A DNA stretch of 64,000 bases, from contig OZ024741.1 of the NCBI GenBank assembly GCA_964016885.1, positions 168,950,001-169,014,000 of the forward strand, read 5' to 3'. A model generated the notes under the pieces. It saw nothing but the letters and a program-made list of their open reading frames with translations. It searched no databases and was not told the origin of the DNA. A program made the translations under genes and the position numbers. Every line of letters starts with the position of its first letter. Positions within the stretch are counted from its first letter, which is position 1. The DNA comes from Eledone cirrhosa. Its lineage: Eukaryota. Below, piece by piece: positions 39,760-53,961 of this stretch.

Positions 39760-42700
39760 CTATGCCCCCAAAGAAGTGAGTTTGCTTCGAAAGAAAAACG
39801 CCCTTTTCAAAAAGCCTGCAAAGGAGGAGAGCAAATGAACAGTCCCCAGAAGTTGCTATTAGCCCATTGCAAAACGATGCATTAACACCCACTGCCCGAA
39901 CTGCTGAGAGTGACGGACAGCGTGACTTTAGACCGGCAACAAATGATTTATCAGAAAACGACGCCCGAAAAGCTGCATTAAAATCCGCTACCCGAGCTGC
40001 TGAGACTGCAGAACAGCATTACCCGTATATAAGAAAAAATGCTGCATCAACTGCTACCACTTGAGCTGCTGAGAGTGCAGAACAGCGTGCCCTACGTCTA
40101 ACAGAAAAAATGTTGCGTCAACTGCTGCCACCCGTGCTGCTGAGAGTGCAGAACAGCGTGCCTTGCGATAGGCAGGAGATGCTGCATCAACTGCTGTCGC
40201 CCGAGCTGCTGAGACCTCCGACGCCCGACGGGATCGCCTGGAGAGTATCGCCCAGCGTAGAAATACTCGGCAGGGTGTTTCAAGGCCATGTAGTTCAAGA
40301 TGACTACTAGAAGCATTTGAATATAGGCCCGACAGTGATTATGCTAACCATCCAGACATGTCTATTTCCAGTATGCGAGATACTTGCAAATTTCGCTCTG
40401 CAAATAAGTGGCCAGCAGGAGCAGCCGGCATGTGTTGCGCAAGTTGAAAGGTCAAATTACCCGCTCTAGAGGATCCGCCCCAGCCATTGCTGATGCTTCT
40501 TACAGGCACAACCCCAGAATCAAAGCATTTCCTAAGTAATACCAGAAAGTACAACTGTGCTTTTCAAATGACTTTTTTCGGGGCGAATATCGTCCAGGGG
40601 CAGGTTTACCATAGGATAGGACCACTTCAGCCCGTTGCGAACCATGAGCCTCAGTTTCTTCAACTGTACTTCGTTGGCAGCTACCAAGAGCAAGCGAGAA
40701 GACGAAACACTATATCACCCGGCTTAATTTCGAGCTGACATTTCAGCTCCAAGAGATGTTACATGCAAAAAACAGTTATGTGTAGAGTTTTAAATATGCG
40801 TTAGAAACAGCATCAATCCCCAATTTTAATGTTGTCATTAATGCTGTCAAACGGCCATCTGGAGAGCATGCTGGCCGCTATAATCCGCCTACATGCAACG
40901 AAATCGCCATTGTGCTTGAAGGTGAGCAGTAAAATCCAAGGGACATCGTTCTCACGTGTCGCGACAACACTCTTAAGCGAATCAGCGAAACCCACAGATC
41001 CTACGACGCGCTACAATACCCCTTGCTCTTCGTGAATGGAGAAGACGGTTACCATTTGGGCATTCACCAGCGTAATTCCCACAGACCAGACGAGTGCAGC
41101 AGCAAACAAGTTTCCTGCATGGAGTTCTACGCATACTGCTTCATGACCCGAAGTAACTGCCTGAATCATCTCCACAGTTCACGCGAGCTATTCCATCAAT
41201 TTGCAGTCGACATGTGCACCAAGATGGAGTCTGAGAGGCTGCGCTACATCAGGTACAACCAACAAAAGCTGCCTTCAGAGAGTTACATTCACCTTCGAGA
41301 TGGTATCAACAATGACGTTGTTCCGGGAGGCTTAGGGCAGGTGTACATTTTGCCTTCCACCTTTCACCGGGGGTCCGCGGTATATGCATGAGAGGACGCA
41401 AGACGCCATGACATGTGCGCCACTACGGTCGGCCCGATTTTTTCATTACCTTTACCTGCAACCCCCAAGTGGAAGGAGATCGAGGCTGAACTCTTCCAAG
41501 GCCAGAGGCTAAATACAGGCATGACCTTCTAGCCAGGGTCTTCCGACTGAAGTTACAGAAACTCATGGACCTTATCAAGAAAGGGCAGGTATTTGGGCCT
41601 GTAAAATGGGACATGTACACAGTTGAGTGGCAAAAAATGGGTCTGCCACATGCCCATATTCTTATTTGGATGTCAACAAAGGTTAACTCCATCAACATTG
41701 ACAGGCTTATCTCTGCAGAACACCCAACCCCTCTGTTGACAAAGACCTCTTTGACATAGTGCGGGAAAACATGGTTCATGGTCCATGCGGGCGTGGATTT
41801 AACCTACACTCACCATGCTTGAGAGATTCGGTTTGCAGCAAAAGATTTCCGAAGCAATTCTTCGAGAGACCCAGACCGGCAAAGACGGATACCCACTGTA
41901 CAGACGAAGAAAGCCGAAAGATGGCGGGTTTACAGTGGGCCATACGAAGTAGACAACAGGTGGATAGTGCCGTACTGCCCTATTCTGTCCAAGGCGTTCA
42001 ACGCTCACGTCAACGTAGAGTTTTGCAACTCCGTGAAGTCTTTCAAATATGTCTGCAAGTACATCAATAAGAGCTCAGACGCTGCTATGTTTGGCCTGCA
42101 AAAAGACAGCAATCGGGACGAAGTTACACTGTACCAAGTGGGTAGGTACATAAGCAGTAACAAGGCCTTCTGGCGCATTTTCGGTTTCCCCTTGCATCAA
42201 AGGCAACCACCCATCCAACAACTTGCTGTTCACCTTGAAAACGGTCAACGCGCATCCTTCACTGCTTCTTCTGTTGCTCGATTAACCTTTGTCAAGTCGA
42301 TCCATTCGCCCAAACCTTGCTGTATCCACAGGTGCCGTCCTATTACATCTGGGGAAAAAAGAAATGGCAACGAAGGAAGAAGGGTCAAAACGTTGATGGA
42401 TACCCTGCCATTAAATTTGACAGTTGCCTCGGAAGAGTTTACACAGTTCATCCAAGCCAACAAGAGTGTTTCTACCTTCATCTGCTACTTCATGAGGTTA
42501 GGGGACCAACGTCTTACCAACATTTGAAAACAGTCAACGGTCGGCTTTGCGCTACTTTCAGAGAGGCCTGCTTAAGACATGGACTGTTAGAAGACTGCGC
42601 ACAGTGGGATGCTACGCTCGCAGAGGCTGCCGTTTCACAGTCGCCGAAAAGTCTCAGGGCTCTCTTTGCAGTGCTTCTGTAAATTTGCGAAGTCTCAGAT

Positions 42701-44324
42701 CCCGTCTCTCTGTGGTTGAAGTATAGTGATGCCCTGGCGGAAGACTTTTACCACCAAGCACAATTACGGTATCCTAGCCTTGATGCTGTCAGTGACGACA
42801 TCTACAACTGTGCTTTGATTGACGTGGAAAACAGGACTGTTTCACTGGGTGGGAATACTTTGCCAACATATGGGCTGCTGCAACCAGTACGGACAGAGAT
42901 GGATAACCTTCCGACAGAGCTCATTCGCGAAACAACCTATGATATTGACGCTCTTGCCCAATACGTCCGTGAACAGAGCCAAACCTCCTTCCGGGACAGC
43001 AGTAGAATTCTACAACGCTATTTTCTACCATGTGCGAAACCGGAAAGGGGGAATCTTCTTCCTAGATGCACCTGGAGGGACAGGAAAAACGTTTCTAACT
43101 AAGCTTCTTCTAGCCAAAGTGAAGCAGTAAAAGGATATCGCGTTAGCCGTGGCATCCTCTGGTATTGCTGCAACTTTGTTACCCGGCGGTAGGACAGCGC
43201 ACTCAGCCTTTAAGCTCCCCCTGAACTTGGCGACATCCGAAACACCGTCCTGTAAAATTAGCAAAACTTCGGACAAGGAACTGGTTCTCCGAAGGTGTCA
43301 GCTCATAGTGTTGGATGAATGTACCATGGCCCATAAACGAGCTCTGAAAGCACTAGACACTACTTTGCAAAACATCAGAGACTGCCAGACTGCGATGGGA
43401 GGTGTCACCCTTCTCCTATCCGGCGACTTCCGACAGACCATTCCCGTTATTCCCAAGGGAACCAGGGCAGATGAAGTCCGGGCGTGCTTCAAGTCCTCTC
43501 CGTTGTGGCAAAAGATAACAATGTTGACCCTGACAACTAGCATGAGAGCCCAACTGCACGGCGACCAACTGGCTGCAGAGTTTGCTTCTGATATTTTGTC
43601 AATTGGCGATGGCAAGATCACCCTCGGTGGAGATGGCGAATTGTCACTCAGTCCGATTTGTACCACTGTCAACACAGTCGAGGACCTCAAGGCTCAAGTG
43701 TTTCCCAGTCTTACTGATAACTACCAAGATGTGAATTGGTTATGCGAAAGAGCTATTTTAGCTCCAAAAAACAGCACAGTGAACGCTATCAACGAGCAAC
43801 TGTTGCAATCTCTTCCAGGAAGACTGCATATTTACAAGTCCGTCGATACAGTCCCCGACCAAGACCAAGCGGTAAACTACCCTGTTGAATTCCTCAATTT
43901 GCTAGAACCTCCTGGACTGCTTCCTCATAGACTGGGACTAAAAATTGGAACTCCAATAATGCTTCTTAGGAATTTGGACCCTCCAAAACTTTTCAACGGC
44001 ACACGTCTGGTTATAAAGAAGGTAATGCAGCACGTCGTTGAAGCCACCATTATTTCAGGGTGTGGAAAAGGAGAGGATGTGTTCGTTCCCAGAATACCAC
44101 TCATTCCATCAGGTGAAGAAATTCCGTTTACCGTCAGACGCCTTCAATTTCCGCTTCGCATAAGTTTTGCCATGTCTATCAACAAGTCCCAGGGGCAGAC
44201 ACTTTCGGTGGCAGGACTTCACTTGGTAGAATCATGCTTCTCACACGGTCAACTATACGTAGGTTGCTCCAGAGTGGGGAGCAAAGGAAGTCGACTCGAA
44301 GAATTGATAGGAAGGAAGAAATAA
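39760..44324 (+). pseudogene. Helitron RepHel (HUH Rep plus PIF1-like helicase), fragmented
   Basis: ARAAETAEQ repeats; VEWQKMGLPHAHIL; MVHGPCG; YVCKYINK; APGGTGKT; LDECTM; GDFRQ; FAMSINKSQGQT; FSHGQLYVGCSRV. Confidence 0.93.
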
Positions 44325-44352
44325 AATGGACGAGAAGAGATCACAAACATTA

Positions 44353-44910
44353 AAATACAATCATCAAATTTCAGACCACCTGCAGTTTTGCACTTCGAGT
44401 CGCTGATTTCTGTCCTTCAAGGACATTTTGCCCAATGCCGTTTCGACGGCATTTTGTTGTTTTAACAGCTTCCTACGAATTCTAATACATTCGCCTTTCA
44501 AAACTCGATATTCGAGTTAATTTTTTTTATAACTTATCATAGCTATTTTAGCCTTCTATCGCGGATTGATACCATGCTTAATGTGAGTTGGCTTTTCTTC
44601 CCTCTTCATCTGCTCCCCGTTCTTTCTCTCTCTCTCCCTCTCTCTCACTTTTGCCTTTCTTTCTTCCCCTCTCCCGTTTACAGTGTCATTGTTCTTCATT
44701 TCTGAAGACGACTTGAGATCGAGTGAACGCACTTCATTTCTCCCCCCCCCCCTTCTCTCTCCCTCTCTCTCTCTCTCTCAGCTGTCCTAACACAAACATT
44801 ATACCAGCGACGATATTTATTTCTCCGTTATTACGAGCCACCTATCCTTCGCAGTCATTTCAGTCAAATCGTTAAAACTGCAGGTGGTCTAAAATCTGAT
44901 GAACGTATTT
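44353..44910. mobile_element. MITE-like element with ~37-bp imperfect TIRs
   Basis: aaatacaatcatcaaatttcagaccacctgcagtttt matches the reverse complement of 44874-44910. Confidence 0.65.
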
Positions 44911-45051
44911 CGTAGTTTCTGAAGATCCTGGAATAGAGACAAAGCAAAGATCCTGTGCTGAAACTTTTAATTTGTTCAAATAATAAATATATAGATATTA
45001 TCTACGATTATATATATATCATTGCATATACACACCATTTATTGAGTTCTA

Positions 45052-45115
<64 letters not shown>

Positions 45116-45212
45116 CGGTAGAACACTGGAAGGTAATATCCGTAGTGGTAGAGCACTCAGTCCATGGGACGAGTTAGGTAGAAGTGATAACACAACAGTT
45201 AGTTCACCATAC

Positions 45213-45250
45213 CGAGAACAATTGTTTCGCCTTAGCGGATCCTCAGCTCG
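45213..45250 (-). ncRNA. Minimal type I hammerhead ribozyme
   Basis: Reverse complement: CGAG-CTGAGGA-tCCgctaaGGc-GAA-ACAATTGT-T-CTCG. Confidence 0.75.
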
Positions 45251-45302
45251 TAATGGACATGGTTATACGGAACAGGAAGGACAACCGTATGAACGCGCAT
45301 TA

Positions 45303-45340
45303 CGAGCTGAGGATCCGCTAAGGTGAAACAATTGTTCTCG
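45303..45340 (+). ncRNA. Minimal type I hammerhead ribozyme
   Basis: CGAG-CTGAGGA-tCCgctaaGGt-GAA-ACAATTGT-T-CTCG. Confidence 0.75.
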
Positions 45341-45369
45341 GTATGGTGAACTAACTGTTGTGTAACCAC

Positions 45370-45416
<47 letters not shown>

Positions 45417-45419
<3 letters not shown>

Positions 45420-48277
45420 GATATTAAATAAATGGAAACTATATTTATAAAACCATATTTATTTCATTATATATATTTCAGGGATATCATATTAAAAATA
45501 TGTTATGCCTTCTTCAGACAAAATACAATATAAACAGTCTTATAAATAGATAGATTCGACATACCTTTCAACTTCGACTTCTATTTGAAAAGTTGATTTG
45601 GTAGTGAACAAATATTAGGGACAGTTATAAAAAGAAAGAAAGAAAAACGAAGAAAAAGAAGAAATGCATGCAACTAAATAGAGAGAGATAGATATAGAGA
45701 GATAGATAGAGAGAAGAAATTCATGTAAAGAAACAGAGAGAGATATATAGAGAGGAAAAAACACAGAGGGAGATAGATAGAGAGAGAGAGAGAGAAGAGA
45801 GGAGAGAGAGAGAGAGAGAAAATATAGAGAGATAGATATAGATAGAGATAGAGAGAGAGAAACTAGGTAGTTGGGCACCAGTTGAATGATGTATCATTGA
45901 TATATTTATTTATTTATTTATTTATTTAGCTCTAGTATTAATGTAGAGAGAGATATATGTGGTTAAGAGAGAAAACAGCCGTTACATAGAGAGAAAAGAA
46001 AAATATCCAGACAAAAACGAGGCAGATTTAAAACACTATGTTTCATCAATGTAAAAAATATCAATTCGTATAAACCAGGCATTATAATGTAAATATCAGT
46101 ATTCATGAATGAGACACGTATCAATAATGTGTGAAAAATAATGATCATATGTCTAGTCTAAAATTCCTAGGTTTATATTAGAGTTGAGATAAAATAGAAG
46201 GTTATCCCACATTTTATGCTATACACATCCATGTGAATTTACGTGATCAGCTCTGCAAATTCCTATTTCACACGAAAACATTCTCATTGTGCTATAAAAA
46301 TTTAAGTATACATATATGTGTACATACACACAAATATATATAGAGTCTACATTAATTTTAACAATACTATTCATGTCTTTACTCTACATGATTATCGTTC
46401 AAGCATAAATAGAGAACAGATATCAATATATCAATAAAAATATCAGAAACAAAAAGTAAATAAAAAACAAAAAATCAAAAAAATATCAAAAAAATATTAA
46501 AAATAAAAATATTAAAAATATTAAAAATATTAAAATAAAAATAAAACATAGTATGCCCCGCAAATCAACCACAGAGATCAACCCTTCAAAGTTAATTGAC
46601 AATATATTGCCAAGTTCGTTACAAGCATCAGAATCAAAAGCAAACAAAACCAAAAATGATTTACCAAATCCTGTCTAGCAGAAAACATTCCAAAAGTTTA
46701 GGATACCCATTTGATCTACAGATGGTCTTATATTTAATATAGAAGTTTATCTAGTGTAAAATTTATTCGATATATTTGGAGCATCAGCTTTTAGGGTAGT
46801 TTAATTATTCATGAAGAATGTTTAAAATAAAAAGGAATCGAAAGATTTATCGGCGAGTTTCATAAATAATTATAAATCAAATTAAATATACTACATTTTA
46901 AATTTATATTTATATTTAAAAGTTGAGTTCAATCTATGTCTGCAGCAACTGAATAAATTTGTCCGTAAATTAAGGGAATTTTTAGATTTTAGTATAAAGA
47001 ATATCTCCTCCGCGCAGAGGTCACATGTCTCAGAGGATGAATTAAAAGGAATCCCTCTTGAGACTATATTCCAAGCCGTTGAATATCCAACGTTATCATG
47101 CCTAAGTTGCCAGAGTAGGCCTGATAGTGATGTTGAGGATTTTTTGCTTGGATCTGTGAAAGAATTCTTGTGGTTATTATAGCGAAGTTTAAATTCTGTC
47201 GAGGTGGAACCAACATAGTTAAAAGAATTTAAGTCCGTTTTAACATTACAGTTGTATATTATATTTTTAACTAAGCAATTGTTATTTAACGGACATTTAG
47301 ATCTATCTCTACAGTTACATTTGTTAACTTGGATATTATTTATGCTATTATCGGTATTTTGGCTAGGTTTTAAATTCCTATTATTTATTCTATTAATATT
47401 TTATGCTAAATTTTTGGTGGATGAGTAGGTTAATTTTATAGTATGTCTATTGAAAATTGAGTGATACCTATGTGTTCTAGGGAAGCGATTATCAAGAGCA
47501 TTAAAAAATAGTTTAGCGATGTGGGTTTTAATGTTTAGTGAGAAGGGGGGGCAAACCATATTATATTCCTAGTTCTATTTCTTTTTTGGCTTTTGGAATT
47601 ATTGTAATGCTTTCTATTATAGTTGTTAAAGTTGTTGCCGTAATTAAAATTGTTGTTATTTTGGTTAGTTTGTCTATTATTATCTATGTACATAATTTTA
47701 TCACTATATCCTGCTCTAGCTAACGCTTCATTGTAATACTGGGCTTTTTCGTCGAAAATCTTTTTATTAGATGAGATTCTAGAGATACGATTTTGAACAG
47801 AGTTTACTATAGTATTTTTAACAGATCTGGGGTGGTTAAAGTTAAAGCTAACATAGTTTAAGTTTTCATTCAACTTGTGAAATGGATAGTGAAGACATGT
47901 GTTGAGATTTAATGTTACATCTAGGAAATTGACTATTCTATGGTTATTCTCAATTTCTATTTTTAGATTAAAGTAATTAAAAAATTGTGTAATTTGCTTT
48001 CTTTTTCTATTTAGTTCAGAGTTATTATTTTCAATAAGTAAAAGCATGTCATCTCTATATAAACCTCCGGTAGCACCGGGTATTTTCCTATGCAGCGAAT
48101 TGATTAGAAATAGGCCCACAAGGTCAGTTACCTGAGCTGAGTCGGATGATCCCATAGTAATGTCGAAATTGTTATCTCTATCCGCTCTGGTCCATAGTTG
48201 GTCATTAAATTCTATCAGTGTTTTCCTAGCCGATAATATAATGTGCATTTCATTGCTAGTTAGGTCTGTATGTTTGA
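45417..48277 (-). mobile_element. Penelope-like element, left arm of a 5.7-kb fold-back
   Basis: RT motifs FDITMGSSDSAQVTDLVG, GLYRDD, FLDV, NHP; GIY-YIG; hammerhead at 45460-45525. Confidence 0.92.
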
Positions 48278-48291
48278 ATGCGTAATTTAGT

Positions 48292-49537
48292 GGTAACTGA
48301 CCTTGTGGGCCTATTTCTAATCAATTCGCTGCATAGGAAAATACCCGGTGCTACCGGAGGTTTATATAGAGATGACATGCTTTTACTTATTGAAAATAAT
48401 AACTCTGAACTAAATAGAAAAAGAAAACAAATTACACAATTTTTTAATTACTTTAATCTAAAAATAGAAATTGAGAATAACCATAGAATAGTCAATTTCC
48501 TAGATGTAACATTAAATCTCAACACATGTCTTCACTATCCATTTCACAAGTTGAATGAAAACTTAAACTATGTCAGCTTTAACTCTAACCACCCCAGATC
48601 TGTTAAAAATACTATAGTAAACTCTGTTCAAAATCGTATCTCTAGAATCTCATCTAATAAAAAGATTTTCGACGAAAAAGCCCAGTATTACAATGAAGCG
48701 TTAGCTAGAGCAGGATATAGTGATAAAATTATGTACATAGATAATAATAGACAAACTAACCAAAATAACAACAATTTTAATTACGGCAACAACTTTAACA
48801 ACTATAATAGAAAGCATTACAATAATTCCAAAAGCCAAAAAAGAAATAGAACTAGGAATATAATATGGTTTCCCCCCCCCCCCTTCTCACTAAACATTAA
48901 AACCCACATCGCTAAACTATTTTTTAATGCTCTTGATAATCGCTTCCCTAGAACACATAGGTATCACTCAATTTTCAATAGACATACTATAAAATTAACC
49001 TACTCATCCACCAAAAATTTAGCATAAAATATTAATAGAATAAATAATAGGAATTTAAAACCTAGCCAAAATACCGATAATAGCATAAATAATATCCAAG
49101 TTAACAAATGTAACTGTAGAGATAGATCTAAATGTCCGTTAAATAACAATTGCTTAGTTAAAAATATAATATACAACTGTAATGTTAAAACGGACTTAAA
49201 TTCTTTTAACTATGTTGGTTCCACCTCGACAGAATTTAAACTTCGCTATAATAACCACAAGAATTCTTTCACAGATCCAAGCAAAAAATCCTCAACATCA
49301 CTATCAGGCCTACTCTGGCAACTTAGGCATGATAACGTTGGATATTCAACGGCTTGGAATATAGTCTCAAGAGGGATTCCTTTTAATTCATCCTCTGAGA
49401 CATGTGACCTCTGCGCGGAGGAGATATTCTTTATACTAAAATCTAAAAATTCCCTTAATTTACGGACAAATTTATTCAGTTGCTGCAGACATAGATTGAA
49501 CTCAACTTTTAAATATAAATATAAATTTAAAATGTAG
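48292..49537 (+). pseudogene. PLE RT C-half plus GIY-YIG endonuclease with one in-frame TAA (49025-49027)
   Basis: The same frame continues past the stop: CNCRDRSKCPLNNNCL..NIIY..YVGSTSTEFKLRYNNH..CDLCAEE..CRH. Confidence 0.9.
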
Positions 49538-50605
49538 TATATTTAATTTGATTTATAATTATTTATGAAACTCGCCGATAAATCTTTCGATTCCTTTTTA
49601 TTTTAAACATTCTTCATGAATAATTAAACTACCCTAAAAGCTGATGCTCCAAATATATCGAATAAATTTTACACTAGATAAACTTCTATATTAAATATAA
49701 GACCATCTGTAGATCAAATGGGTATCCTAAACTTTTGGAATGTTTTCTGCTAGACAGGATTTGGTAAATCATTTTTGGTTTTGTTTGCTTTTGATTCTGA
49801 TGCTTGTAACGAACTTGGCAATATATTGTCAATTAACTTTGAAGGGTTGATCTCTGTGGTTGATTTGCGGGACATACTATGTTTTATTTTTATTTTAATA
49901 TTTTTAATATTTTTAATATTTTTATTTTTAATATTTTTTTGATATTTTTTTGATTTTTTGTTTTTTATTTACTTTTTGTTTCTGATATTTTTATTGATAT
50001 ATTGATATCTGTTCTCTATTTATGCTTGAACGATAATCATGTAGAGTAAAGACATGAATAGTATTGTTAAAATTAATGTAGACTCTATATATATTTGTGT
50101 GTATGTACACATATATGTATACTTAAATTTTTATAGCACAATGAGAATGTTTTCGTGTGAAATAGGAATTTGCAGAGCTGATCACGTAAATTCACATGGA
50201 TGTGTATAGCATAAAATGTGGGATAACCTTCTATTTTATCTCAACTCTAATATAAACCTAGGAATTTTAGACTAGACATATGATCATTATTTTTCACACA
50301 TTATTGATACGTGTCTCATTCATGAATACTGATATTTACATTATAATGCCTGGTTTATACGAATTGATATTTTTTACATTGATGAAACATAGTGTTTTAA
50401 ATCTGCCTCGTTTTTGTCTGGATATTTTTCTTTTCTCTCTATGTAACGGCTGTTTTCTCTCTTAACCACATATATCTCTCTCTACATTAATACTAGAGCT
50501 AAATAAATAAATAAATAAATAAATATTTCATTGATACATCATTCAACTGGTGCCCAACTACCTAGTTTCTTTCTCTCTATCTCTATCTATATCTATCTCT
50601 CTATA

Positions 50606-50648
<43 letters not shown>

Positions 50649-50922
50649 CTTCTCTCTCTCTCTCTCTATCTATCTCCCTCTGTGTTTTTTCCTCTCTCTA
50701 TATATCTCTCTATGTTTCTTTACATGAATTTCTTCTCTCTATCTATCTCTCTATATCTATCTCTCTCTATTTAGTTGCATGCATTTCTTCTTTTTCTTCG
50801 TTTTTCTTTCTTTCTTTTTATAACTGTCCCTAATATTTGTTCACTACCAAATCAACTTTTCAAATAGAAGTCGAAGTTGAAAGGTATGTCGAATCTATCT
50901 ATTTATAAGACTGTTTATATTG

Positions 50923-50988
50923 TATTTTGTCTGAAGAAGGCATAACATATTTTTAATATGATATCCCTGAAATATATATAATGAAATA
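50923..50988 (+). ncRNA. Type I hammerhead in the Penelope 3' end
   Basis: TATTTTGT-CTGAAGA-AGG..CCT-GAA-ATATATAT-A-ATGAAATA. Confidence 0.7.
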
Positions 50989-51115
50989 AATATGGTTTTA
51001 TAAATATAGTTTCCATTTATTTAATATCGTAAATATACTCCAAATACTTGTTGAGTGCTTTTATATCAGTTATAAATATTTACTCGTTGTTAACCCAACA
51101 ATTTAAATAAAACTT

Positions 51116-51187
<72 letters not shown>

Positions 51188-51188
<1 letters not shown>

Positions 51189-51655
51189 TAGCAGAGGTAC
51201 CCGGCGTTGCTCGGGTATTAAATAGCAGTTGTGTATACCATTTATGTCAATACTTCAGTGCTGCTTCGAAAACTATACTTTTACAAAATCATCGGCTTTT
51301 TCCAAAAGGGGGTTCCTGCCCCCAGGAGTCCCCTACTCAATATGTGCCAATTCTGAGAGTTCACATTCATCTGTAGGACAAACGTAGCCCATGTGTCAAG
51401 TTTTGTGAAAATCGGTTGCGAACTCCAGAAGTTATGACGTTTTGTTGCATTGCACTGCAGTTCTTCAGTCGACTCCAAGGAAGTGGTTAAAGGGGGTTAT
51501 CTGCCGGGAGGCCCTATAATCAATATCTGGAAAAATTAAAGTGCCCATGATCATCCGGAGTACATAAGTAACCTATGTCTTAAGTTTGGTGAAAATACTG
51601 TAGAAATGCATAAGGTTTATACATACGCGCGCGCACGCGTGCGTGCGTGCGTGCG

Positions 51656-51686
<31 letters not shown>

Positions 51687-51790
51687 TTGTGGGTGTGCAT
51701 GAATTGATGTGTGCGTATGTATGTGTATGTCCGTCGGGGCATACGTATGTACTGGCCTAAATCTTCACTATTTACTTTTACTATTTTAAT
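51188..51790 (-). mobile_element. Non-autonomous Helitron, 3' end in (TA)n
   Basis: Reverse complement ends CCCGagcaacgcCGGG-tacctctg-CTAG|T (subterminal hairpin plus CTAG); far boundary uncertain. Confidence 0.75.
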
Positions 51791-52152
51791 AACCTCTGTC
51801 ATTTCGTTTTCAATTTTATTTACATCATTCTTAAACTCCGGGGCTGGAAATCATTCTGTTATTTTAAATAGAATATTAGTCTAACGACTTCATTTATACC
51901 ATGAACTTGGTCTTGTCTTTGCATGAAATTGTTCTTTTCGGTCCACATAACGACGTATTATCCTCGCTTTTTTTTCCGTTCATTACCAGGGAACGTCTTC
52001 ACGAACCAAAATATCGTCTTCCTGTTTTCCTTCCGTTGCAACGTTTCTCGAAATATTTACTTCTGCGTTCACAGATTAAATTTTTTAGTTTCAGAAGATC
52101 CCGTTAATGTTGAAAGCAGCGATTCTTTGCTTAAACTTTAATCTGTTCTTAT

Positions 52153-52197
<45 letters not shown>

Positions 52198-52591
52198 GTA
52201 GAAGTTCTATTTAAATTGTTGGGGTACAACAAGCAAATATTTTTATAACTGATATAAAGCACTCAACAAATTATTGGAGTAAAAATACGATATATTAACA
52301 AATGGAAACTATATTTATAAAACCAAATTTATTTCATTATACATATTTCAAGGACACCAAGCTAAATTATGGTGTGCTTTCATCAGATAAAATATAATAT
52401 AGAGCAGTTTTATAAATAAATATTGACATGGTCGCATTCTTTAAGGGTATGTCAATATTTATTTATAAAACTGCTCTATATTATATTTTATCTGATGAAA
52501 GCACACCATAATTTAACTTCGTATCCTTGAAATATGTATAATGAAATAAATATGGTTTTATAAATATAGTTTCCATTTGTTAATATATCGT
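52198..52591. repeat. Miniature fold-back of a Penelope 3' end with hammerheads (52330-52394 -, 52484-52548 +)
   Basis: Homologous to ~50890-51120; a single arm also lies at 58549-58682. Confidence 0.85.
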
Positions 52592-52652
52592 AACCAGCAG
52601 TATTCTTCTCCCCATTTTTTCACGTATATTTACCTATACTGCGCTTCTGTTT

Positions 52653-52710
<58 letters not shown>

Positions 52711-53171
52711 TGCTCGCTCTGTTTCTCCTACTTTCTTTCGCCCCCTCTGTCATGTCCGTTAACTCTTCCTCACACTTCCACTCACTCACTCACTGTTTCT
52801 CCTCTTCTCACTTCACCCCGTTCGCAACGAATTCATTTTCTTTCTCACTCACATTTGAATTCGCTGCTGAAAGGTCTATTTTCTAAGCGCTCATATATTC
52901 ACCTAGCTTATGCTAACAGAATAACTATGAAGCTTGTTCCCTTCCTTCTACGGTTAGCTATCCTCTTTGTTGTTATCTCGTCTCACTCGCTTTACGCGTT
53001 TTAATTGTCCTAATAACTTAATTTAGTTATTATTGCACCGACGTGAGGTATATGATTTTTAATGCAATGAAATATCTATGATCGTCGGCAAATCACTGAT
53101 GAGGGACTTATATTATTTTATTACATGTTATCCATGTGCAACCAGCAGTATTCTTCTCCCCATTTTTTCAC

Positions 53172-53178
<7 letters not shown>
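52592..53178 (+). mobile_element. Non-coding ~548-nt unit with terminal direct repeat, ending in (TA)n
   Basis: aaccagcagtattcttctccccattttttcacgtatat at 52592 and 53140; related minus-strand piece at 3240-3345. Confidence 0.65.
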
Positions 53179-53207
<29 letters not shown>

Positions 53208-53211
<4 letters not shown>

Positions 53212-53885
53212 GGATTTAAATGGATACAGTTTAGTTAAAAGGAATTTATTGACACGTGTTTCAATAACAGTTACATAACCTGAAAACAGCTGCTATCTAC
53301 AAAGTATTAGTTATGCAGACATTCAATATTTCAATGTTATTATCAACTGTCATTTCATCAGAATAATTTTACTGAGGGACCTGTTTGGTTTTTATAGAGA
53401 ATATTAGGAGGGACGGGTGAAGTTGTTAGAAGAATAGTTGAGGGAGTGGTTTTTTGATAGCAGTGAGAATTTTTGGTGGCAGTGAGTAATTAGATTCCCA
53501 TCTGTTGTTTTGACATTTTTATAGAATATATTATTGGTTATTTTTCTAAATCTATAGAAAGATTAGAGATAGTATAGATATGCATGGTTGGTTTTGTGTT
53601 TGCACTTAATTAACATTCAGACTTAAATTTTTCTTTCAACTGTACGTATCCTTTCGCCCACGCATTCACACACAAACATATATGCATACCTCTACAAAAT
53701 ACATATACTCACATACACATACTTACATGCTCATACTTACATACATATACACATGCACACATATACATATATATACACATATATACATGTACATACATAC
53801 GCATCCATGTGTATACATTTTCATACTCAACTTATCTTATAAACACACGTATAGACACACACATATATACATACATATTCTAGTC

Positions 53886-53961
<76 letters not shown>

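Larger units (their letters stand above)
37800..44324 (+). mobile_element. Decayed autonomous Helitron; 5' end in (TA)n, 3' end not seen
   Basis: 5' non-coding region with internal duplications, followed by fragmented RepHel. Confidence 0.8.
45115..45375. repeat. Short fold-back with two hammerheads between (TA)n tracts
   Basis: 45179-45255 is inverted at 45298-45374; extra tail at 45115-45178. Confidence 0.85.
48292..51120 (+). mobile_element. Penelope-like element, right arm with ~90-nt extra tail
   Basis: Near-perfect reverse complement of 45417-48131. Confidence 0.92.
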
